Part shown: piece after piece, positions 8,824 through 18,551 of the stretch
Layout: each line of letters begins with the position of its first letter
Numbering within the stretch: the stretch's first letter is position 1
Origin: a virus
Strand: one strand, 5' to 3'
Virus record (IMG/VR): IMGVR_UViG_3300032579_000011
Location: 1-64,000 of that record
DNA length: 64,000 bases
Notes under the pieces: generated by a model
The model's database searches: none
Seen by the model: only the letters and a program-made list of their open reading frames with translations
What the model was told of the DNA's origin: nothing
Position numbers and translations under genes: made by a program

Positions 8824-10092
8824 TTGATGTTTTACACTAGTGTTTTTCAGCGTGGTAATAGAATTTATTACCAAGGTTACGATAAAGGTTTGAGAGTTAA
8901 AGAAGTCGTCAACTACAAACCTTATATGTTTATTCAAAAAAGTAATGGTAAATATAAAACTCTTGATGGTAGACCCGTTGAGAAGATGATGTTCGATGAT
9001 ATTTCAGATGCTCGTGATTTCGTTAATCGTTATGAAGATGTAGCGAATATGGAAATATACGGGCTTAATTCATTCGTTTATACTTTCATCTACGACACGT
9101 TCAAAGGTGATATTGATTACGATCCTAATCTGGTTAAGATTGGCATTCTTGATATCGAGTGCGCCGCTGATGAAGGATTTCCTGATATTCAAAAAGCGGA
9201 CAAAGAAATCACAGCCATAACAGTGAGATTTAATAATAAAAACTTTGTCTTTGGCTGTGGTAAGTTTACTCCGAAGGACAATAAAACTTTCTATATTCAA
9301 TGTCAAGACGAACACGAATTACTTCAGAAGTTTTTGTCTTGTTGGATGTCTCTTGACCTAGATATTGTTACTGGTTGGAATATAGAATTTTTCGACATTC
9401 CATATTTGGTTAATCGTATTCGTGTTCTGTTCAATGAAAAGGAAGCAAAGCGTCTTTCGCCTTGGTTTATTCTTGATGAAAAGACCGTCGAATTTCGTGG
9501 TAAGGAAAATCAAAGTTTCACTCCCGCTGGCATAGCTGTTCTTGATTATTATCAATTGTATCGTAAATTTACATTTGGTAATCAGGAATCTTATAAACTC
9601 GATTATATTGCTCAGATTGAATTGGGCGAAAAGAAAATTGATCACTCAGAACATAAAAACTTCCTAACATTCTATAGAGACGACTTTCAAAAGTTTATTG
9701 AATATAATATTCATGACTGCGTTCTGGTTGAACGTCTTGACGATAAAATGAAGTTTCTTGAACAAGTAATGGCTTTGGCATATGACGCCAAGGTAAATTA
9801 CAATGATACAATGACAACTGTGCGTCCTTGGGATGTTATTATTCATAATTATCTACTTGATCAAGGTATTGTTATTCCTCAGTTCAAGAAACAATCTAAT
9901 TTTGATAGTTTGGTTGGTGGATACGTCAAGGAACCAAAGATTGGTTTGAGTAGGTGGGTTGTTTCTTTTGATTTAACATCTCTATACCCAAGTTTAATTC
10001 AACAATATAATATTAGCCCCGAAAAAATGATAAACAAAAAAACATTAAAAGAAATGATTGAAAGAGAGAAGAAAAGACGCGGTTTGACCTAA
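8824..10092 (+). CDS. gp43: Family B DNA polymerase, N-terminal fragment (exonuclease + motif A)
   Basis: DIE, GWNIEFFDIPY, YNIHD, SFDLTSLYPS; ends after YNISPE with a basic tail. Confidence 0.93.
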   Translation: MMFYTSVFQRGNRIYYQGYDKGLRVKEVVNYKPYMFIQKSNGKYKTLDGRPVEKMMFDDISDARDFVNRYEDVANMEIYGLNSFVYTFIYDTFKGDIDYDPNLVKIGILDIECAADEGFPDIQKADKEITAITVRFNNKNFVFGCGKFTPKDNKTFYIQCQDEHELLQKFLSCWMSLDLDIVTGWNIEFFDIPYLVNRIRVLFNEKEAKRLSPWFILDEKTVEFRGKENQSFTPAGIAVLDYYQLYRKFTFGNQESYKLDYIAQIELGEKKIDHSEHKNFLTFYRDDFQKFIEYNIHDCVLVERLDDKMKFLEQVMALAYDAKVNYNDTMTTVRPWDVIIHNYLLDQGIVIPQFKKQSNFDSLVGGYVKEPKIGLSRWVVSFDLTSLYPSLIQQYNISPEKMINKKTLKEMIEREKKRRGLT

Positions 10093-10116
10093 ATACTCTT
10101 TAAATGGAGTAAATTT

Positions 10117-10785
10117 ATGAATTATTTAAAGAAATATATTTTAATTATAAGAAGAGCGAAAAATAGAAAAGAAATAGACAGAAAATTATACGAATATCAT
10201 CATGTTTTTCCCGTGTCAATTTATGGTCCAAATGATTTCGTAGTTCCTTTAACTTTAAGAGAACATTACATTTCTCATAAACTTTTATGGAAAATATTTC
10301 GTAAACGTTATGGATCAGAAGACGAAAAAACTAGGAAAATGGCCATGGCTTTTCATTGGATGATTTATGGAAAAGGTGATACGTATAGACAAAAAATTTT
10401 CAATAATTCTTATCTATATGAATCGGCTAGAACTGCAGTCGTTGAATCTAAAAAAGGTAAAAAACGAGTTGATATGATTGGAAAGGCTTATTTCGGTGCA
10501 GATAGAAAAACTATACTAAAAGGTATAGAAAAAATGAGAGAAAAAAAGACGGGTATGAAAATAAATTATCCCAAAAATAGATTATCTGCACCATGTTCAA
10601 AAGAAAAGTTAGAAAAAATATCTGAACAAAGAAAAAAGACCAAATACAAATATATCAATATGAGCGAAGAAGAATTTAATAATTGGTTATCTAAACAGAA
10701 TTATTACGCTAAAGATGGTCGAATAAATTCTAATGTAACTAGAGCAATTAGGTGGAGAAATGAACATTTTAGAAAATTTAACTGA
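10117..10785 (+). CDS. HNH homing endonuclease (MobE-like) splitting gp43
   Basis: YEYHHVFP...LTLREHYISHKLL; low GC; sits between the polymerase halves. Confidence 0.85.
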   Translation: MNYLKKYILIIRRAKNRKEIDRKLYEYHHVFPVSIYGPNDFVVPLTLREHYISHKLLWKIFRKRYGSEDEKTRKMAMAFHWMIYGKGDTYRQKIFNNSYLYESARTAVVESKKGKKRVDMIGKAYFGADRKTILKGIEKMREKKTGMKINYPKNRLSAPCSKEKLEKISEQRKKTKYKYINMSEEEFNNWLSKQNYYAKDGRINSNVTRAIRWRNEHFRKFN

Positions 10786-12073
10786 TGAAGAATTGTATAC
10801 TCTGGAAAAAATGTTAGATGACATTCGACCTGAATCTTATGATAACTCTTTTATATTTAAAAATAAAACGACGCCAAAAATAGAAGGTTATTCTTTGACT
10901 GCAAACGGTTGTTTATATAAAAATGATTCTCATGGTTTTGCAACGGCGCTTATGCAAAAAATGTTCGATGACAGGTCGAAATATAAAAAATTGATGATTG
11001 AGACTAAAAAAAGATATGAAAAAACCAAAAGCAAGGAAGATGAAAAATTAGTTTCTAGATATAATAATCTCCAAATGGCCAAAAAAATTCAACTCAACAG
11101 CTTTTATGGAGCCTTGTCTAATATGTATTTTCGTTGGTTTAACTTTGATAATGCAGAATCTATTACTTCGTCAGGTCAATTAACAATTAAATTTATTATC
11201 AATAAGATGAATCAGTTTATGAATAAGATTTGTAAGACTGAAAATGTTGATTACGTTATCGCTTCTGATACTGATTCTATCTATGTTACATTTGAACGAC
11301 TGATTCCTGAAGGCAGCGATGAGCTTAAAGCTGTTAAGTTGATCGATCAATTCTGCGAAAAAAAGATTCAACCATATCTTGATATTTGTTATGACGAACT
11401 TGCTGGAATGATGAATGCTTATCAGCAGAAGATGCAGATGAAGCGTGAAACCATTGCCAACAAAGGTATTTGGCGTGGTAAGAAGATGTATATTCTTAAC
11501 GCTTGGAATGTTGAAGGTGTTCAATATGATAAGCCCAAGTTGAAATTGTCTGGTATTGAAGCTGTTCGTTCTTCAACACCACATGCTTGCCGCGAAAATA
11601 TTAAGAAAGCTCTTAGTATAATAATGAACGAGGATCAAGCTTCTCTACAAAAATTCATTGAGGAATTTAGAAATGAATTTGCTTCTTTACCGTTTCAGGA
11701 TGTAGCTTTTCCAAGAGGATTGAAAGGAATAAACAAGTATAAAGATTCCGCTGATATCTACAAGAAAGGAACTCCAATTCAGGTTAAGGGAGCTCTATTA
11801 TTCAATAATATGCTCAAAAAGCATAATATTACGAATATACCTCCTCTTTCTGATGGAGATAAAATTAGATTTGCATATTTGAAGATACCTAATCCCGTTC
11901 AAGACACAGTTATCGCGACTTCTGATCTATTACCCGAACAATTTAACCTTGATAATTATATAGATCGTGATATGCAATTCAATAAATCGTTTTTGGAACC
12001 ATTGAAGTCTATAACCGATGTTATTGGTTGGGAAGCAGAACAAAGATCAACGTTGGAGGATTTTTTTGGATGA
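10760..12073 (+). CDS. gp43: Family B DNA polymerase, C-terminal fragment
   Basis: KIQLNSFYG, SDTDS, KKMY, C-terminal clamp peptide TLEDFFG; GGTGGAG RBS. Confidence 0.93.
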   Translation: MNILENLTDEELYTLEKMLDDIRPESYDNSFIFKNKTTPKIEGYSLTANGCLYKNDSHGFATALMQKMFDDRSKYKKLMIETKKRYEKTKSKEDEKLVSRYNNLQMAKKIQLNSFYGALSNMYFRWFNFDNAESITSSGQLTIKFIINKMNQFMNKICKTENVDYVIASDTDSIYVTFERLIPEGSDELKAVKLIDQFCEKKIQPYLDICYDELAGMMNAYQQKMQMKRETIANKGIWRGKKMYILNAWNVEGVQYDKPKLKLSGIEAVRSSTPHACRENIKKALSIIMNEDQASLQKFIEEFRNEFASLPFQDVAFPRGLKGINKYKDSADIYKKGTPIQVKGALLFNNMLKKHNITNIPPLSDGDKIRFAYLKIPNPVQDTVIATSDLLPEQFNLDNYIDRDMQFNKSFLEPLKSITDVIGWEAEQRSTLEDFFG

Positions 12074-12171
12074 GTCAAGATCGGGGTTGTTTTGTTTGTT
12101 TTGATGATGATAAAAAAGATTGTGGTAAAAGAAATTGCCCATATCAAGACAAACCACTAAAAGGAAAAACT

Positions 12172-12408
12172 ATGATTGAAAATAAAGAAGTTGAAGACGA
12201 TTTCGGGTTTACATTTTCCGATAGTAACGAAATACAAAACCAAATAAAATCAAATGTCGAGGACAAAGCTCAAGGGTTACGCAAAATGATCATGCCTTTG
12301 CTTAATAATTTGATGAAGAATCCTGAAAAGGATACGATTGTTTGGCCTGATAGAGAAAAGAAAATTAAAGACTTCATTAAGAAGATGGATGACTATATTA
12401 ACAGTTGA
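12172..12408 (+). CDS. Conserved hypothetical protein
   Basis: AAAGGA RBS; DDFGFTF...NPEKDTIVWP. Confidence 0.7.
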   Translation: MIENKEVEDDFGFTFSDSNEIQNQIKSNVEDKAQGLRKMIMPLLNNLMKNPEKDTIVWPDREKKIKDFIKKMDDYINS

Positions 12409-12459
12409 TATTTTGCAAAACATAAGTTATACTAATAATACGTAAATAAGAGGTAAACA

Positions 12460-13503
12460 ATGTCACTTAAAGAAAAACTTATTAAAAACAGTACAATAGA
12501 TCTTACAGCGAGTCTAATTGATAGTAAAATTTTCACTAAGAAAGATATGATTCCAACATCAGTTCCAATGATTAACGTTGCGTTGTCTGGTTCTATTGAT
12601 GGCGGTATTACTCCGGGCCTAACAATGCTTGCCGGTCCTTCTAAACATTTCAAGTCCGGCTTTTCGCTTCTACTTGCTTCGGCTTTTCTTAAGAAATATA
12701 AAGATGGTATAATTCTATTTTACGATTCAGAGTTCGGTACGCCTCAGTCTTATTTTGAAACTTTCGGTATTGATCTTAATTCTGTTGTCCATACACCTAT
12801 TACGGATATTGAAGAACTTAAGTTTGATATAATGACTCAATTAAAGAATATCGAACGCGGCGATCATGTAATGATTCTAATTGATTCGATCGGTAATCTA
12901 GCTTCTAAAAAGGAAGTTGAAGATGCGCTGAATGAAAAATCTGTCGCCGATATGACTCGTGCAAAGCAACTTAAATCATTGTTTCGTATGATTACGCCTC
13001 ATCTTTCACTCAAAGATATTCCTATGGTCGCGATCAATCATACTTACATGGAAATTGGTATGTTTCCTAAAGCGATTGTTGGTGGCGGTACTGGCGCTTA
13101 TTACGGCGCTGATAGTATTTGGATTCTCGGCCGCCAGCAGGATAAAGAAGGAAATGAGATTGCAGGATATCATTTTGTTATCAATGTTGAAAAGTCTAGA
13201 TTTGTCAAAGAAAAATCAAAGATACCGATTACCGTTTCTTTTGAAGGTGGTATTAACCGTTGGTCTGGCCTTCTCGATGTGGCCTTAGAAGGTAATTATA
13301 TAACAAAGCCAAAGGTTGGTTGGTATGCGACTGTTGACAGAGTAACAGGCGAAGTTCGCACTCCTTCATTTAGAGCCAGTGAAATTGTTGATAATAAAGA
13401 ATTTTGGACAACTCTTTTTAAGGAAACCGACTTCGCTAATTTTATTGAAAACAAGTATAAGATGGCGACTGGCGCTATAATGGAGAATGAAGATGTCGAA
13501 TAA
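12460..13503 (+). CDS. uvsX: RecA-like recombinase UvsX
   Basis: AGPSKHFKS, YDSEFG and IDSIGNLASKKE motifs. Confidence 0.95.
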   Translation: MSLKEKLIKNSTIDLTASLIDSKIFTKKDMIPTSVPMINVALSGSIDGGITPGLTMLAGPSKHFKSGFSLLLASAFLKKYKDGIILFYDSEFGTPQSYFETFGIDLNSVVHTPITDIEELKFDIMTQLKNIERGDHVMILIDSIGNLASKKEVEDALNEKSVADMTRAKQLKSLFRMITPHLSLKDIPMVAINHTYMEIGMFPKAIVGGGTGAYYGADSIWILGRQQDKEGNEIAGYHFVINVEKSRFVKEKSKIPITVSFEGGINRWSGLLDVALEGNYITKPKVGWYATVDRVTGEVRTPSFRASEIVDNKEFWTTLFKETDFANFIENKYKMATGAIMENEDVE

Positions 13504-13705
13504 AATCATTGACGAGTATTACTCTGACGATAAATTGAAGAAGGCTGTAATTAACCGTATAGACGACGATTATTACGCTATTGACTTTTTTGAAAAAGAA
13601 AAGTATATTCATTCAATAGCTTATCCAAACAATTCTATTCATTACGTGTCTGATGCTGCAGAAAATTATGTATTGGGATATTTCACTAATATCAGGGATC
13701 ATTGA
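13493..13705 (+). CDS. Hypothetical protein
   Basis: GGAG RBS; DAAENYVLG. Confidence 0.65.
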   Translation: MSNKIIDEYYSDDKLKKAVINRIDDDYYAIDFFEKEKYIHSIAYPNNSIHYVSDAAENYVLGYFTNIRDH

Positions 13706-15105
13706 TGATTGAAACAACAATCTTTTCTAATCTAATTTATAACGAACAGTACGCCCGTAAAGTTATTCCTTTTCTTAAGGAAGAATATTTTTCGGATCAA
13801 TCACATAAAATTATTTTTAAACTCGTTCAGGAATACGTTAACAAGTATAACTCGTTTCCATCCAAAGAAGCCTTGGCGATCGACCTGTCTAATAAAGACG
13901 GAATCAATCAAGAAGTTTTCAACCAATCAAAGGAAATTATCAGTGCCTTCGCGGAAGATAAAGAAACAAAACTTGAATGGCTCAGCGACCAGACGGAAAA
14001 GTTCTGTCAAGATAAGGCTATCTACAACGCGATCATGTCATCCATTCGGATATTGGATGACGGTGATGGGAAAACCTCTAAAGGGGCCATACCACAGATC
14101 TTATCAGACGCGCTCGCCGTATCATTTGATACACACGTTGGGCATGATTTCATTGAAGACGCGAATGAACGCTATGAATTCTATCATACGAAAGAAGATA
14201 GAATACCGTTCGATCTAGAATTCTTCAATAAGATCACTCAAGGCGGGTTACCAAAAAAGACTCTTAATATCGCTTTGGCGGGTACAGGTGTTGGTAAATC
14301 TCTTTTCATGTGTCATTGCGCGGCGGGCAATTTGTCAGCTGGTATGAATGTTCTTTATATCACACTAGAAATGGCCGAAGAACGTATTGCTGAACGTATT
14401 GATGCGAACTTGCTTGATGTAACAGTTGACGATCTTAAGCAGTTGTCAAAAGAAATATACGATAAGAAAATTGCTAGAATTAAAAGAAAAACGACAGGTA
14501 AGTTGGTAATTAAAGAATATCCAACAGCTTGTGCTGGTTCGGCCAACTTTCGACATCTGCTAAACGAATTGAAGTTGAAAAAGAAGTTTGTGCCTGATAT
14601 TATCTATATTGATTATCTAAACATTTGTATGTCATCAAGGATTAAACATGGTTCCCTCGTCAATTCTTATACCCTTATCAAGTCAATCGCGGAAGAGCTA
14701 CGAGGGTTGGCAGTTGAATTCAATGTTCCTATCGTCAGTGCAACTCAGACAACTAGAAGCGGATATTCGAACAGCGACGTGGGATTGGAAGATACATCAG
14801 AATCCTTTGGACTCCCAGCCACAGCTGATTTTATGTTTGCACTCATCTCATCAGAAGAACTTCAAGACCTCGGTCAAATTATGGTTAAGCAGCTTAAGAA
14901 TAGATACAATGATCCCAACATTAATCGTAGGTTTGTTCTTGGGGTTGATCGTAGCAAAATGCGTCTCTATGATGTAGAACAATCAGCACAAGAAGATATC
15001 CTTGAAGGTCCCGTAATGGATAATACTAAATTTGGCGAGGAAGATTACGAACGTTCTAAACCAAAAAATAAATTTGATAGATCTAAATTTTCGGGGTTTA
15101 AATGA
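13702..15105 (+). CDS. gp41: Replicative DNA helicase
   Basis: AGTGVGKS Walker A, YITLEMAEE, IDYLNI, TSESFGLPATAD. Confidence 0.95.
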   Translation: MMIETTIFSNLIYNEQYARKVIPFLKEEYFSDQSHKIIFKLVQEYVNKYNSFPSKEALAIDLSNKDGINQEVFNQSKEIISAFAEDKETKLEWLSDQTEKFCQDKAIYNAIMSSIRILDDGDGKTSKGAIPQILSDALAVSFDTHVGHDFIEDANERYEFYHTKEDRIPFDLEFFNKITQGGLPKKTLNIALAGTGVGKSLFMCHCAAGNLSAGMNVLYITLEMAEERIAERIDANLLDVTVDDLKQLSKEIYDKKIARIKRKTTGKLVIKEYPTACAGSANFRHLLNELKLKKKFVPDIIYIDYLNICMSSRIKHGSLVNSYTLIKSIAEELRGLAVEFNVPIVSATQTTRSGYSNSDVGLEDTSESFGLPATADFMFALISSEELQDLGQIMVKQLKNRYNDPNINRRFVLGVDRSKMRLYDVEQSAQEDILEGPVMDNTKFGEEDYERSKPKNKFDRSKFSGFK

Positions 15106-15605
15106 GAGACATTTATATAATAAGTGATACGCACTTTGGTCATGAAAACATTCTTAAATTTACAGGTTTTGATGGCGGACCTGTACGTGAGTTTCATGAT
15201 GTTCATCATATGAATGAGTATATGGTTGAACGTTGGAACAAAACGATTAAGGATAATGATATTGTATATCATCTTGGTGACGTTTATTTTGGTAAAGGTC
15301 ACCAAATGCTTTCTAGATTGCGCGGAAGAAAAAGATTGATCCTTGGCAATCATGACAATGGAAAAAGTGAACATCTTCTAAACAATTTTGAGAAAATACT
15401 CATGTGGAGAGATTTCAAGGAATTTGATTGTATTCTTTCTCACGTTCCTTTGCACGAAAGCGCATTGTATAAACGTAAGTATAATCTTCATGGTCACGTT
15501 CATAAAGGCGCCCACAGAGGACTTATGCAAGATAAACGTTATATAAATTGTTGCGTTGAAGTTCGTGATTACACACCTGTTCATATTGAAGAGTTAGTCA
15601 AGTGA
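15102..15605 (+). CDS. Calcineurin-like metallophosphoesterase
   Basis: SDTHFGH, HLGD, GNHD and HGHVH motifs. Confidence 0.9.
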   Translation: MRDIYIISDTHFGHENILKFTGFDGGPVREFHDVHHMNEYMVERWNKTIKDNDIVYHLGDVYFGKGHQMLSRLRGRKRLILGNHDNGKSEHLLNNFEKILMWRDFKEFDCILSHVPLHESALYKRKYNLHGHVHKGAHRGLMQDKRYINCCVEVRDYTPVHIEELVK

Positions 15606-16012
15606 TACATAAAATAGGCGTAACTGGAACTCGTTCCGGTATGGATGATAAACAATTAAAAGAAGTTAAAAAATATCTTGAAGGTATGATTTATCTTCTT
15701 GGCAACATTGAACTTCATCATGGAGATTGTGTTGGAGTTGATGTTGAAGTTGCTAACATAGCTCAACAATTGGGTTGTAAAATTGTTTGTCATCCGCCCA
15801 TTAAATCTGAACTTAGAGCATTTCACAAATCGGACGAATATCGACCACCATACTCTTATTTTGAAAGAAATAGAAATATTGTTGATAGTTGTGACGTTTT
15901 AATGGTTGTACCATACCAAACAGAACATCAAAAGAATGGCGGAACTTGGTATACTCACGACTATGCCGTTAAAAAGAAAAAGCCTTTGGAAATTTTTTAT
16001 CCGAATCGTTAA
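15602..16012 (+). CDS. SLOG/DprA-like nucleotide-binding protein
   Basis: GVTGTR, HHGDCVGVD, RNRNIV and GGTWYT motifs. Confidence 0.7.
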   Translation: MIHKIGVTGTRSGMDDKQLKEVKKYLEGMIYLLGNIELHHGDCVGVDVEVANIAQQLGCKIVCHPPIKSELRAFHKSDEYRPPYSYFERNRNIVDSCDVLMVVPYQTEHQKNGGTWYTHDYAVKKKKPLEIFYPNR

Positions 16013-16074
16013 AATCCGCTTGACTTTCATAAAAATCTAAAGTATACTATAAACTGAGAAAAAAGGATGAAATC

Positions 16075-16284
16075 ATGAATTATAAGATGAAGGTTGATAA
16101 CGGTGTTCATCAGGTTTTCGAAACAGCAACAGAACAAATTATCAAAACTTTCGACAACAAAGAAGGTTGTCGCAAATTTATGCGTCAGCTCAACCTTGGT
16201 AGCGGATTCGATGGGTTCACTCCAAGTTTTTTTCTGAAAAAAATTGAAATTAAGAAAAATAAAAACAAAAGAAAGACTAAATAA
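16075..16284 (+). CDS. Hypothetical protein
   Basis: Promoter 16020-16048; LNLGSGFDGFTPSFF. Confidence 0.7.
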   Translation: MNYKMKVDNGVHQVFETATEQIIKTFDNKEGCRKFMRQLNLGSGFDGFTPSFFLKKIEIKKNKNKRKTK

Positions 16285-16288
16285 TACA

Positions 16289-16393
16289 AACGAAAATACG
16301 TATTGCGCAACGTCGCAAGAGGCAAGAGTCTATAAAGAGACACGGAATAGTTAAGAAAACATGGGTGGGGTTCCCCTTAACCGTATTTTCGTT
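16289..16393 (+). ncRNA. Candidate ~105-nt structured small RNA
   Basis: 12-bp closing stem AACGAAAATACG/CGTATTTTCGTT with internal hairpins; TAAATA upstream, terminator downstream. Confidence 0.55.
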
Positions 16394-16397
16394 AATT

Positions 16398-16426
16398 AAA
16401 GGCGGGCTGAAAAGCTCGCCTTTTTT
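16398..16426 (+). terminator. Rho-independent terminator
   Basis: AAAGGCGGGCT-GAAA-AGCTCGCCTTTTTT. Confidence 0.85.
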
Positions 16427-16473
16427 ATTATCTAAAAACTATAAATAAACCATAATCTAATATAGGAATTATA

Positions 16474-17121
16474 ATGATAACGTTTAAAGATTTCGCTGAT
16501 TTTATTGTTGAAGAAACCAATAATCCAAAGCATGAAATTCATTATTACGATCTAGACGATACTTTGGTTCATCACGATAACAGCAAGCTTAGAGTTCACG
16601 TCAAAGATTCATCAGGCAAAAGAGTTAGAACCTTGACGAGTTCTGAATTCAATACTCATCAATTGCCTCCTGGACATTCATATGATTTTGGCGAGTTCAA
16701 ATCTTCAGATGTGTTTGGTAAATCAGCGAAACCTATTAAGAAAGTCATAAATAAATTGAAAGGATTGTCTGATAAAGGTCGTAAAGTAGAAATACTAACA
16801 GCGCGCCAAGATTTAGACGATCAGCCTAAATTTGCTCATCATATGATGAAGTTTGGTATCGATATCGGTAAGGTTCACGTTAGAAGATCTGGTAATCCTC
16901 CGAACGAAAAGAAAAAACCCTCAGAGGCAAAGAAAGCAATTATATCGGACGCTATTGATAAACATGGTTATAAAAGAGTTCATTTGTATGATGATTCAGC
17001 GGAGAATTTAGAAGCTATGTTGTCTTTGAAAAAGAAACATAAAGATGTAGAGTTTCACGCGCATCATGTACAACATAACCCAGAAACTGGGGAAACAACT
17101 ATTACTACGAGGAAAGTTTGA
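16474..17121 (+). CDS. HAD-superfamily phosphatase with capsid-targeting-like N-terminus
   Basis: YDLDDTL, LTAR, LYDDS; TATAAATA late promoter at 16440. Confidence 0.75.
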   Translation: MITFKDFADFIVEETNNPKHEIHYYDLDDTLVHHDNSKLRVHVKDSSGKRVRTLTSSEFNTHQLPPGHSYDFGEFKSSDVFGKSAKPIKKVINKLKGLSDKGRKVEILTARQDLDDQPKFAHHMMKFGIDIGKVHVRRSGNPPNEKKKPSEAKKAIISDAIDKHGYKRVHLYDDSAENLEAMLSLKKKHKDVEFHAHHVQHNPETGETTITTRKV

Positions 17122-18551
17122 TGATTAATTTTAAGGATTTTTTAATTGAATCTAAAGGAGCTGACACTGCTTTTTCTGGCCATGCTAACGAACATCTTAC
17201 TCATCATTTATTGCAAAAATATATTAATCATTTAAAAAATTCATTACAAAATGGTTCTAATTTAGAAAGTTCTCATTCTGCTGCTATGCAGCATATGTTA
17301 AATCAAAAATATGATCCGAATAAATTTTCGCAAATTCCTGAATTGGGAAATGCGAGAGCTCATTTCGGCGACGAAGAAATGGGAAACATGCATGAAGATT
17401 CTAAAAAAACTGCTTCTGCTATTATAAATCATCTTAGAAATAATTATAATTTGGGCGTTTCAGATTCTAGACATATTGGTAAAGAAAATGTTGGTAGGTC
17501 TGGAGGAGCTGATTTAGAAATTAGTACGCAAAATGATAGAGGAGAACCTGATAAATCTAAAGTTTATTTAGAACATTTGGGAGCTTCTTTAAAATATGCT
17601 AAATCTCCTTCTTCTACAATAAAAATACATTCTCCTAGTGTAAAAACTATGTCTGGTATAATTGATAAACATCATCAATTAATGCATGGAGAAAAAAGCG
17701 GTTTACAAGAAACTTTAAATAATATAGGAAAAGAAGGAGTTCTTTCTCAACAAACTGCTTTGGCAAAACATCATGATGTTTTATCTAAATATTTTAATGA
17801 ATTAGGCGATAAAAAATTAACTTATAAACCTATGATGAATTCGAATGGTCAGGTTATTGGTGGAAATTTGAGTAAACACGCTGTGAGTCATTTAAGAGAC
17901 AGTAAAGATCCTAAGTTAAGAGCAGCTTATAATGATATGGCAAATGAAAATTTAAAAATGAAAACTAGAATGGCTGCAGCTTTACATGATTCTATTTCTA
18001 AAATTTTAGATCATCCTTCAACTTCTCCAGAACACGATCAAATTAAAGAATCTTTAATTAGAGATATGGCTAATATTCATAAAGATCAAGCTCCATCTAT
18101 ACTTGTTTCTACAGAAAGAAATAAACCTGAAGCTTCAGTTTATGATACTAGTGATTATCTTACTAAATCAATTACAAGAAATGGTTTAAACGGTCACAGT
18201 TATTCTGGAAAATCAACTTTTAAAGTTGGCCCCATGGATTTAGCGTTAGATACTAGACCTACTACTTCTAGAAACCCTGTCAGCTCTTATCCAGTAAATG
18301 CCAGCATAAAAACTTCTGATGTTAAACAAAATGGAAGTTATCCGAAAACTGTAGAAACACCTCCAACAACAAAAAAAGTAAAGAATAGTAAATCACCTAC
18401 TAAACCAACACCACAACAAGTAGCGGCTTTAAAACATCAACAGACTCATCCTATATTTGGTAATAGTACTGGAGAACATAGCGGTACAAGTTTCTATAGT
18501 CCGGCTGACACCGAACACGCTCAAAATATGCAAGCACAAGGAGCGCAATAA
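17118..18551 (+). CDS. Probable head-internal protein, possible PD-(D/E)xK-like domain
   Basis: MINFKDFLIE N-terminus; GADLEI...GASLK. Confidence 0.5.
   Translation: MMINFKDFLIESKGADTAFSGHANEHLTHHLLQKYINHLKNSLQNGSNLESSHSAAMQHMLNQKYDPNKFSQIPELGNARAHFGDEEMGNMHEDSKKTASAIINHLRNNYNLGVSDSRHIGKENVGRSGGADLEISTQNDRGEPDKSKVYLEHLGASLKYAKSPSSTIKIHSPSVKTMSGIIDKHHQLMHGEKSGLQETLNNIGKEGVLSQQTALAKHHDVLSKYFNELGDKKLTYKPMMNSNGQVIGGNLSKHAVSHLRDSKDPKLRAAYNDMANENLKMKTRMAAALHDSISKILDHPSTSPEHDQIKESLIRDMANIHKDQAPSILVSTERNKPEASVYDTSDYLTKSITRNGLNGHSYSGKSTFKVGPMDLALDTRPTTSRNPVSSYPVNASIKTSDVKQNGSYPKTVETPPTTKKVKNSKSPTKPTPQQVAALKHQQTHPIFGNSTGEHSGTSFYSPADTEHAQNMQAQGAQ

Noticed and set aside
10020-10850. Group I intron or intein in gp43
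   Set aside because: Only 24 nt of non-coding sequence flank the HNH ORF, there is no P/Q/R/S core, and no C1/HN intein motifs; the C-half has its own RBS.
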